IMG/VR virus record: IMGVR_UViG_3300035397_000030
Span: 1-35,021 of that record
Strand: one strand, 5' to 3'
Source: a virus
Lineage: Duplodnaviria > Caudoviricetes
Length of the DNA stretch: 35,021 bases
Part shown: one piece after another, positions 24,043 to 32,022 of the stretch
Numbering within the stretch: position 1 is the stretch's first letter
Layout of the letters: each line of letters starts with the position of its first letter
The notes under the pieces: model-generated
What the model was told of the DNA's origin: nothing
Databases searched by the model: none
What the model saw: only the letters and a program-made list of their open reading frames with translations
Made by a program: the position numbers and the translations under genes

Positions 24043-24617
24043 TGCCAACTCTAAATAATGATGAGATAAAACATGGATATTTCATGCTATTATGTAGCAT
24101 CATTAATGTTAATATTGATTCGGTAGAGGAAAGAAGTTATTGGATACTTTGTAAATATTTATTTAATCGGGAATTTTATTGGAGTGTTCATAACGACGAT
24201 AATCGCCTTATGGACGCTGTAAAATTGCGCGAGGAGTATATTGATACTTTTGAAGAGCCGGTGGTTTTAATTCACCCTATTTCAGTCTTGGAAGTATTAA
24301 TAGGTATTGCATATCGAATGACGGATTTAATGAATGAGGTTGACCAAGCTAATAGTACCGCGGACGTTGTTGGTTGGTTTTGGCATATTATCAGAAATCT
24401 GGATTTATGGCAGTTTGACGATGCTGAATATAGTTTACCTGGTTCAAAAACACGGGTAACTATTATCATAGATCGTTTACTTTCACGGACGTATGATAGA
24501 GATGGGCATGGTGGATTATTTCCATTAACCAGCCCTAAAAAAGACCAACGAAAAGTAGAAATATGGTACCAGATGAGTGGTTATTTATTAGAGAATTACT
24601 ATAAAGATTTTAGTTAA
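24039..24617 (+). CDS. phage hypothetical protein
   Basis: 192 aa; DDNRxxD, SVLEVLI, WFW, GGLFP and EIWYQ motifs. Confidence 0.8.
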   Translation: MMPTLNNDEIKHGYFMLLCSIINVNIDSVEERSYWILCKYLFNREFYWSVHNDDNRLMDAVKLREEYIDTFEEPVVLIHPISVLEVLIGIAYRMTDLMNEVDQANSTADVVGWFWHIIRNLDLWQFDDAEYSLPGSKTRVTIIIDRLLSRTYDRDGHGGLFPLTSPKKDQRKVEIWYQMSGYLLENYYKDFS

Positions 24618-24618
24618 A

Positions 24619-24903
24619 GTGTGACACTTTTGTGACACTTTTTTAAAAGTAGTGATTTTTTGTGACACTTTTTTAAAGATTTTTTGTGTATTTTTATGAC
24701 AATTTTATAGGTTTTTTAAATTTTGTGACACTTTTATGTCACAGTGTGACACTTTTGTGACACTTTTTAAAACCTGGGGATCCGCTCTGGTGGCGGGTTT
24801 GAGGCACTTTTGTGACACTTTTACACTTTTTTACTCATAAACTTTATAAATTTATATATATATATTATAGAAAGTTTATAGACTATACCGTAAAAGTGTC
24901 ACA
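24619..24903. repeat. iteron array with AT-rich segment: candidate replication origin
   Basis: Seven direct TGTGACACTTTT copies (24620, 24631, 24661, 24724, 24745, 24756, 24811), inverted copies at 24737 (partial) and 24892-24903, and a (TA)n tract near 24853-24865; lies upstream of the replicase. Confidence 0.75.
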
Positions 24904-24931
24904 AAATAAAAAAAACTTGAAAGGAGCCGCT

Positions 24932-25234
24932 ATGGATAATCAAACAAAGAATATAGTAAAAGAGACTATTAATAAATTTGAAAATGCTTCAAATGAATTT
25001 CGTCTTAAAAATTTATCTAATATTGAGATATTAATTCTTGGTTTATTAGATAACTCTGTTATGCTTAATAAATTATTATTAGCTGAGACAGAGAATTTAG
25101 AATACACCACTATGCCAATTACAAGCCCTCAAGGAGCTAATATATTATTTTGTCCAGAAGCCAGAGATATAACAAAATCGGTTATATACAATGATTATAT
25201 TCATTGTCATGCTAGAAAGGTAAAACGAAGATGA
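24932..25234 (+). CDS. hypothetical protein
   Basis: AAGGAG RBS supports the ATG at 24932 (MDNQTKN...). Confidence 0.7.
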   Translation: MDNQTKNIVKETINKFENASNEFRLKNLSNIEILILGLLDNSVMLNKLLLAETENLEYTTMPITSPQGANILFCPEARDITKSVIYNDYIHCHARKVKRR

Positions 25235-25434
25235 GTCTTATAACGTATATTAGTATATTTATAACACTATCAATTCTTATTTATATTAGAGAGTCGAAAC
25301 ACGACAAACATATTAGATTTTCTAAAATGTTAGCAATTCTGATAGTAGCATTATTATGGCCTTTCCTTTTTATATTAGTTGTTGTTATAGTTTTTAGATA
25401 TTTATTAAAAGAAATAATAACTACTAAAAAATAA
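25231..25434 (+). CDS. two-TM membrane protein
   Basis: 67 aa, very hydrophobic, LLWPF motif, ATGA overlap. Confidence 0.65.
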   Translation: MSLITYISIFITLSILIYIRESKHDKHIRFSKMLAILIVALLWPFLFILVVVIVFRYLLKEIITTKK

Positions 25435-25449
25435 AAGAAAGGAGCCATT

Positions 25450-28400
25450 ATGGATTTTTATCAAATAAAAGAAAGGAGTACTAAAAATGGTATCATTGAA
25501 GTATATCCTGATTTTAAAGTTGGACGCTCAAAAGACTTAATGGTTAGAGGGAAAGCCTTTTATGCTATATGGGACGAAGAGCAAAAATTATGGTCAACAG
25601 ATGAGTATGATGTACAACGGTTAGTTGATCAAGATGTGCGAGAGCATAAAGAAAAAATTCAAAGTAGAACTGATGGGATAGTTCATGCTAAATTAATGAG
25701 TGATTTCTCTTCAAAAATATGGACAGAGTTTCGATACTATATTGCGCATATATCGGATAATTCACATCAATTAGATGAAGAGTTAACTTTCTCCAACACT
25801 ATATTAACAAAAAAACATTATGCAAGTAAGCGATTACCATATCCATTAGTTACAGGACCTATTGAATCATATGAATTAATAATGTCCACATTGTATGACG
25901 AAGAAGAGCGCCAAAAACTTGAATGGGCTATTGGCGCAGTTGTTACCGGCGAAGCTAAACATATTCAAAAATTTATAGTTTTATATGGAGAGTTTGGTTC
26001 TGGTAAATCAACCTTTATAAATATTATGTTAAAATTATTTCAAGGGTATTACACAACCTTCGAGGCTAAATCTTTAACCGCCTCAGCAAACCAATTTGCA
26101 ACTGAAGTATTTAAACAGAATCCATTAATAGCTATACAACATGATGGTGATTTAAGTAAGATAGAGGATAACTCTAAATTAAATAGTATTATATCTCACG
26201 AAGAGATGACTATGAATGAAAAGTATAAACCATCATATATGTCTAGAATTAATGCCTTTTTATTTATGGCTACAAATCGTCCGGTTAAGATAACGGATGC
26301 TAAGTCTGGTATTATTAGAAGACTCATAGATGTTAAACCGTCTGGTAGAAGAATCACGCCTCATAAATATGAAGCCGCTATGGCTCATATAGATTTTGAG
26401 TTGGGTGGAATCGCTACACATTGCGCAGATGTTTTTAATAATATGGGTAAGAATTATTACAACAATTATAAACCTTTAGATATGATATTCAAAACGGATG
26501 TATTCTTTAACTTCGTTGAGAGTAATTACTACATATTCAAGGATTCAGAAGGCGTCTCATTAAAACAAGCTTATACTATGTATAAAGAATATTGTGATGA
26601 TGCGCTTACGGGTTTTAAATTACCACTTCATAAATTTAGAGAAGAGCTTAAAAACTATTTTGGTGGTTTTGATGATGTTGCTAGAATTGACGGAAAACAA
26701 ATCCGCAGTTACTATACTAACTTCTTAACTGAGAAATTCAGTGCTTTAGCAGCAATAGTAGAAGAAAAACCTTTAAGTTTAGTTTTAGAACATAGTGATT
26801 CATTATTAGATGAACAATGTGGATCCTGTTTAGCTCAATATTCTAATAAATATGAAACACCAAATGTCCAATGGGCTAATGTTAAAACTACATTATCTAA
26901 AATAAATACAAGAAAATTACATTTTGTAAAGATTCCAGAGAACCATATTGTTATAGATTTTGACATACAAGATGACGATGGTAAAAAATCTTTAGAAAAG
27001 AATATAGAAGCAGCTTCTAAATGGCCACCAACATATGCGGAGTTTAGTAAGTCTGGGCAAGGTATTCATCTACATTATATATATGATGGTGATGTTGATT
27101 TATTATCTAACATTTATGAGCCGCATATTGAAATAAAAGTTTTTAAGGGTAACAGTTCTCTTAGAAGAAAATTGACAAAATGTAATAATATACCGATTCA
27201 GACTATTAACTCCGGATTACCATTGAAAGGAGAAAAAGTGATAAACTTTGAAGCGGTTAAAAGTGAAAGAGTTTTAAGAAATCTTATTGAAAAAAATCTA
27301 AGAAAAGAAATACATCCAGGGACAAAACCTTCAATGGATTTTATTAATAAGATATTAACCGACGCGTATGAATCAGGTTTACATTATGATATTACAGATA
27401 TGCGTCCGAGAATATTAGCATTTGCTAATAATAGTACCAATCAATCAGCAGCCTGTTTAAAATTAGTAACAGAGATGCCTTTTCGTAGTGCGGAACCAAG
27501 TCCTCCAGGAAATGATGATTCGGCAGAAATAGCTTTCTATGACGTCGAAGTATTTCCAAATCTATTTGTTATAGATTGGAAGTTTAGAGGGAAACCACAT
27601 CATGTATCTTTAATAAATCCTAAACCTAAAGATATTGAAGAATTATTGAAATTAAAATTAGTTGGTTTTAATTGTAGAAGGTATGACAATCATATATTAT
27701 ATGCTGCTTATATAGGGTATAATAATGAACAATTGTTCCAATTAAGTCAAAAGATTATTAATAGTAGTGAGAATGCAATGTTTAGTGAAGCTTATAATAT
27801 TTCATATACAGACATTTATGATTTCTCATCTATTAAACAAAGTCTGAAAAAATTTGAGATTGATTTAGGAATACACCATTTAGAATTAGGTTTGCCATGG
27901 GAAGAACCGGTTGATCCATCCCTGTGGCAAAAAGTAGCAGATTATTGTAAAAATGACGTCGATGCCTCAGAAGCAGTATTTGAGGAAAGATATCAAGATT
28001 TTGTAGCCAGACAAATATTGGCTGAGCTAAGTAATTTAACATTAAATGACACAACCCAAAAACATGCCGAAAGAATAATGTTTGGAACAGACCCAAATCC
28101 TCAAAGTAAATTTGTTTATACAGATTTAAGCGAGATGTTTCCAGGTTATAAATATGAGCGAGGTAGGAGTCTATATAGAGGTGAAGACCCTAAAGAAGGT
28201 GGTTATGTTGATGCTACCCCAGGTATGTATGGTAATGCCGCATTATTAGACGTAGCTTCCATGCATCCTAACAGTGGTATAAATCTCAATATATTCGGAC
28301 CATATACTCATAAATTAAAAGAATTAGTTGATGCTCGTATTGCTATCAAACATAATGATTATGCTAGTGCTAGAAAAATGTTAGGCGGAATACTCGAAAA

Positions 28401-29388
28401 GTATTTAATAAAAGAGGACCCAGAAGAAGCTGGAGCTTTATCTTATGCTTTAAAGATAGTTATTAACATTATCTATGGTTTAACATCAGCTAAATTCCCT
28501 AACAAGTTCAAAGACCCACGTAATGTAGATAATATAGTTGCTAAGCGTGGCGCATTATTTATGATTGATTTAAAACATGCAGTAAAAGAACAAGGTTATA
28601 CCGTTGCTCATATTAAAACAGATTCAATTAAGATTCCAGATGCGACGCCAGAGATTATCGAATTTGTTATGGAGTTTGGTAGAAAATATGGGTATACATT
28701 TGAGCATGAGGCAACATATGATAAATTCTGCCTAGTAAATGATGCAGTATATATCGCCAAATATGGTTGGGCGGCTAAGAGTAAATTAATAAATACATGG
28801 ACCGCAACAGGTACACAATTTAAACAACCTTATGTATTTAAAACATTATTTAGTCATGAGCCATTAGTCTTCGCTGATTTTTGTGAAACTAAGACTGTAA
28901 AAACTTCTCTATATTTGGATATGAATGAAAACCTACCAGATGTAACAATGTATGAAAAAGAATTAGAAGAAAGAATTAAAGACGAAAAAGATAATGTACC
29001 AATCTCTAGGATGACCGCCAATAGAAAAAAACACCCAGAACTAATTAATATTAGTATGGAAGAACTAGAAGCGCTCATTGCGTCTGGTCATAATTATCAT
29101 TTCGTTGGGAAAGCCGGAGCGTTTACACCAATAAAAGAAGGCGCTGGTGGAGGAAAACTTTTAAGAAAAAGTGATAACACGTATTACTCAGCAACTGGAG
29201 CTAAAGATTATCGATGGTTAGAATCTGAAATGGTTCTCGCTCTTAATAAAGAGAAAGATATTGATATGTCGTATTATGAGTTATTAGCTTCTAATGCTAA
29301 AAAAGATATTAATAACTTTGGCGATTTTGATTGGTTTGCGTCAGAACAGCCATATGATATTAATGATAATTGGATACTACCATTTTAG
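25450..29388 (+). CDS. multifunctional replicase: SF3/D5-like helicase, AEP-like primase, 3'-5' exonuclease and family B DNA polymerase
   Basis: Walker A GEFGSGKS; primase-like VIDFD and SKSGQGIHLHY; exonuclease FYDVEVF, GFNCRRYD and YCKNDV; PolB motifs LDVASMHP, KIVINIIYG and KTDS. Confidence 0.9.
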   Translation: MDFYQIKERSTKNGIIEVYPDFKVGRSKDLMVRGKAFYAIWDEEQKLWSTDEYDVQRLVDQDVREHKEKIQSRTDGIVHAKLMSDFSSKIWTEFRYYIAHISDNSHQLDEELTFSNTILTKKHYASKRLPYPLVTGPIESYELIMSTLYDEEERQKLEWAIGAVVTGEAKHIQKFIVLYGEFGSGKSTFINIMLKLFQGYYTTFEAKSLTASANQFATEVFKQNPLIAIQHDGDLSKIEDNSKLNSIISHEEMTMNEKYKPSYMSRINAFLFMATNRPVKITDAKSGIIRRLIDVKPSGRRITPHKYEAAMAHIDFELGGIATHCADVFNNMGKNYYNNYKPLDMIFKTDVFFNFVESNYYIFKDSEGVSLKQAYTMYKEYCDDALTGFKLPLHKFREELKNYFGGFDDVARIDGKQIRSYYTNFLTEKFSALAAIVEEKPLSLVLEHSDSLLDEQCGSCLAQYSNKYETPNVQWANVKTTLSKINTRKLHFVKIPENHIVIDFDIQDDDGKKSLEKNIEAASKWPPTYAEFSKSGQGIHLHYIYDGDVDLLSNIYEPHIEIKVFKGNSSLRRKLTKCNNIPIQTINSGLPLKGEKVINFEAVKSERVLRNLIEKNLRKEIHPGTKPSMDFINKILTDAYESGLHYDITDMRPRILAFANNSTNQSAACLKLVTEMPFRSAEPSPPGNDDSAEIAFYDVEVFPNLFVIDWKFRGKPHHVSLINPKPKDIEELLKLKLVGFNCRRYDNHILYAAYIGYNNEQLFQLSQKIINSSENAMFSEAYNISYTDIYDFSSIKQSLKKFEIDLGIHHLELGLPWEEPVDPSLWQKVADYCKNDVDASEAVFEERYQDFVARQILAELSNLTLNDTTQKHAERIMFGTDPNPQSKFVYTDLSEMFPGYKYERGRSLYRGEDPKEGGYVDATPGMYGNAALLDVASMHPNSGINLNIFGPYTHKLKELVDARIAIKHNDYASARKMLGGILEKYLIKEDPEEAGALSYALKIVINIIYGLTSAKFPNKFKDPRNVDNIVAKRGALFMIDLKHAVKEQGYTVAHIKTDSIKIPDATPEIIEFVMEFGRKYGYTFEHEATYDKFCLVNDAVYIAKYGWAAKSKLINTWTATGTQFKQPYVFKTLFSHEPLVFADFCETKTVKTSLYLDMNENLPDVTMYEKELEERIKDEKDNVPISRMTANRKKHPELINISMEELEALIASGHNYHFVGKAGAFTPIKEGAGGGKLLRKSDNTYYSATGAKDYRWLESEMVLALNKEKDIDMSYYELLASNAKKDINNFGDFDWFASEQPYDINDNWILPF

Positions 29389-29407
29389 ATTTGAAAGGAG
29401 ACATAAA

Positions 29408-29920
29408 ATGTCAGAAAAAAAAAGAGTAGAAACTAATATTAAGATTGAGAATGCGAGAATTGGTTTTAAGAATTTCTCAGGAAAGGAAGGCCAGTTTAAC
29501 CCAGCAGGTAGAAGAAATTTTTGTGTATTTCTTGAAGATGACTTAGCAAGAATCCTTCAAGCTGATGGTTGGAATGTTCGATGGTTAGAGCCAAAAGATG
29601 ATGGTGATGAACCAGTGCCTTATCTACAAGCTGCCGTTTCCTTTGATCCAATACCACCTAAAATTATGCTTGTGACTCGTTCGGGTATGACACAACTTGA
29701 TGCAGCTACTGTTGAAATATTAGACTTTGCAGATATAGAATCTGTTGATTTAGTTTTAAATCCTTATAATTGGTCCATGAAAAATGGTTCAGCAGGTGTT
29801 AAGGCTTATGTAAAAGTAATGTATGTTACAATAGCAGAGGATGCATTTGAGGATAAATATCATAATGCCCCAGATTCTGCTATAAAATGTGTTGGGCCGA
29901 ATTGTCCAATAAATGATTAA
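29408..29920 (+). CDS. probable single-stranded DNA-binding protein
   Basis: AAGGAGA RBS supports the ATG at 29408; IENARIGFKNFSG...RNFCV pattern; located between polymerase and helicase. Confidence 0.6.
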   Translation: MSEKKRVETNIKIENARIGFKNFSGKEGQFNPAGRRNFCVFLEDDLARILQADGWNVRWLEPKDDGDEPVPYLQAAVSFDPIPPKIMLVTRSGMTQLDAATVEILDFADIESVDLVLNPYNWSMKNGSAGVKAYVKVMYVTIAEDAFEDKYHNAPDSAIKCVGPNCPIND

Positions 29921-31124
29921 TCTTTATGACCATCAACTAGAAGCGCTTGATAACTTAAAGACTGGCTCCATCCTTTGTGGTGGAGTTGGGTCTGGAAAGT
30001 CTCTGACTTCGCTTGCATATTTTATTAAATCTTGCGGTGGTGATATAAATATTAATGGCTCGTCAGATTACTCACCAATGACAAAACCAAAAGATTTATA
30101 TATAATAACAACTGCTCGTAAAAGAGACTCTTTAGAGTGGCATAGTGAATGTGCTCATTTTGCGCTATCTACCAAAAAAGAGTTGAGTGTTGATGGTGTT
30201 ACTGTCGTTATTGATTCATGGAATAATATAAAAAAGTATAAAGAGGTTGTTAATGCATTCTTTATATTCGATGAGCAACGAATAGTTGGAACAGGAACCT
30301 GGGTTAAATCATTTATTAAAATTTCAAAATCAAATGATTGGATTTTATTAAGCGCCACACCAGGTGATGTATGGATGGATTATGTTCCGGTTTTCATTGG
30401 AAATAAATTCTATAAAAATCATAGAGAATTTATTAGAACCCATGTAGTTTATGATAACTTTAGTAAATTTCCAAAAATTGATCATTATGTTAATGTTGGT
30501 ATATTAGAAAAACATAAAAAAGATATATTAGTTGATATGTCTTTTGAGCGCCTAACCACATCTATACATAAAGATATTATAGCATCATATGATACTTATA
30601 AATTTAACCGAGTAATGAAAGATAGGTGGAATGTTTATGAAAATAAACCCATAAAAGACATTAGTCAATTGTATCATCTTATGCGAAAAGTTGTAAATGA
30701 AGACACAAATCGTTTAGCAATAGTTAAACATTTAGCGAGTATTCATAAAAAAATAATAATATTTTATAATTTTAATTATGAGTTAGATATATTGAGAACG
30801 CTTAATAAAGACTATGAGGTTGCTGAATGGAATGGACATAATCATGACCCGTTACCAACATCAGACTCTTGGATTTATTTAGTTCAATACTTAGCTGGGG
30901 CAGAAGGTTGGAATTGTATAACTACTAATGTTGTAGTTTATTATTCTTTAAATTACTCATATAAATTAACTGCACAAGCCGGCGGAAGAATCGATAGATT
31001 AAATACTCCTTTTAGAGAATTATATTATTATCACATTATATCAAAATCGCCAATTGATATTGCTATACAAAAATCTTTAAAACAAAAAAGAAACTTCCAA
31101 GAGAACAATTTCATTAAAGAGTAG
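29913..31124 (+). CDS. superfamily 2 helicase
   Basis: LYDHQ (Q motif), GVGSGKS, FIFDEQR (variant motif II), LSATP, EGWN, QAGGRIDR. Confidence 0.9.
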   Translation: MINLYDHQLEALDNLKTGSILCGGVGSGKSLTSLAYFIKSCGGDININGSSDYSPMTKPKDLYIITTARKRDSLEWHSECAHFALSTKKELSVDGVTVVIDSWNNIKKYKEVVNAFFIFDEQRIVGTGTWVKSFIKISKSNDWILLSATPGDVWMDYVPVFIGNKFYKNHREFIRTHVVYDNFSKFPKIDHYVNVGILEKHKKDILVDMSFERLTTSIHKDIIASYDTYKFNRVMKDRWNVYENKPIKDISQLYHLMRKVVNEDTNRLAIVKHLASIHKKIIIFYNFNYELDILRTLNKDYEVAEWNGHNHDPLPTSDSWIYLVQYLAGAEGWNCITTNVVVYYSLNYSYKLTAQAGGRIDRLNTPFRELYYYHIISKSPIDIAIQKSLKQKRNFQENNFIKE

Positions 31125-31128
31125 TGGT

Positions 31129-31156
31129 CGCGTCAAATACATATGCTATAATAGAA
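31129..31156 (+). promoter_or_regulatory. CGCG-N14-TATAAT motif, copy 19 (upstream of the nuclease-RNAP cluster)
   Basis: cgcg tcaaatacatatgc tataat agaa. Confidence 0.8.
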
Positions 31157-31205
31157 GGAGTAGAGAATCGCTATTCCTTTTATTTTTTTTTAGGAGAAAA
31201 CAATA

Positions 31206-31499
31206 ATGGAAAGTAAATTTCAAAGTGACTTAATCAAAAAGTTAGAAGCTATATTTCCAGGATGTCTGGTTCTTAAAAATGATGCGAACTATATTCAAGG
31301 TTTTCCAGACCTTACCATTTTATGGAATGAATATTGGGCAGTTCTTGAATGTAAAAAATCGGCGAATGAACCATTTCGTCCAAACCAAGAACACTACATA
31401 GACTATTGTGATAATATGTTCTTTGGTAGATGCATCTATCCAGAAAATATGGAGGTTATATTATATGAACTTCAACAAGCATTTCGAGTTAAAAGATAA
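31206..31499 (+). CDS. VRR-NUC-like nuclease
   Basis: ESKFQ...GFPDL...LECK...RPNQ PD-(D/E)XK pattern. Confidence 0.8.
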   Translation: MESKFQSDLIKKLEAIFPGCLVLKNDANYIQGFPDLTILWNEYWAVLECKKSANEPFRPNQEHYIDYCDNMFFGRCIYPENMEVILYELQQAFRVKR

Positions 31500-32019
31500 A
31501 CATGCTTTTTTAAGTCCTAGTAAATATCATTGGGTAAATTATGATGAGGCTAAGCTAGAAGAAAACTATTCAAAATATCAAGCTAAAGAAAAAGGTGTAA
31601 GATTACACGCTCATGCCTGTGAGTCGATATTACTTGGTATTGATTTACCGAAAAGAAACAAAACATTAAATTTATATATTAACGATGCTATAGGGTTTAT
31701 GATGACGCCAGAACAACCTCTTAAATATTCAGATAATTGTTTTGGAACAGCTGACGCAATTAGCTTCAGAAAAAACATGCTTAGGATCCATGACTTTAAA
31801 AGTGGAGAGACAAAATCATCAATGAAGCAATTGGAGATTTATGCAGCTCTCTTTTGTTTAGAATATGATGTTAATCCTAACGATATCCAAATAGAATTAA
31901 GAATATATCAATTAGATTGTGTGCTTATACATAATCCAGATAAAGAAGACATATTATATATTATGCAGAAAATTATATCATCCGATAAACATATCAATGA
32001 AATGAAAGCTGAGGTGTAA
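31465..32019 (+). CDS. PD-(D/E)XK exonuclease (RecB/Cas4-like fold)
   Basis: GGAGG RBS supports the ATG at 31465; HAFLSPS, GVRLH, FGTADAI, IHDFKSG and QLEIYA motifs. Confidence 0.8.
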   Translation: MNFNKHFELKDKHAFLSPSKYHWVNYDEAKLEENYSKYQAKEKGVRLHAHACESILLGIDLPKRNKTLNLYINDAIGFMMTPEQPLKYSDNCFGTADAISFRKNMLRIHDFKSGETKSSMKQLEIYAALFCLEYDVNPNDIQIELRIYQLDCVLIHNPDKEDILYIMQKIISSDKHINEMKAEV

Positions 32020-32022
32020 AGT

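Noticed and set aside
31465-32019. Cas4 gene indicating a CRISPR-Cas system
   Set aside because: Generic phage PD-(D/E)XK exonuclease in a replication cluster; no clear four-Cys Fe-S cluster and no other cas genes.
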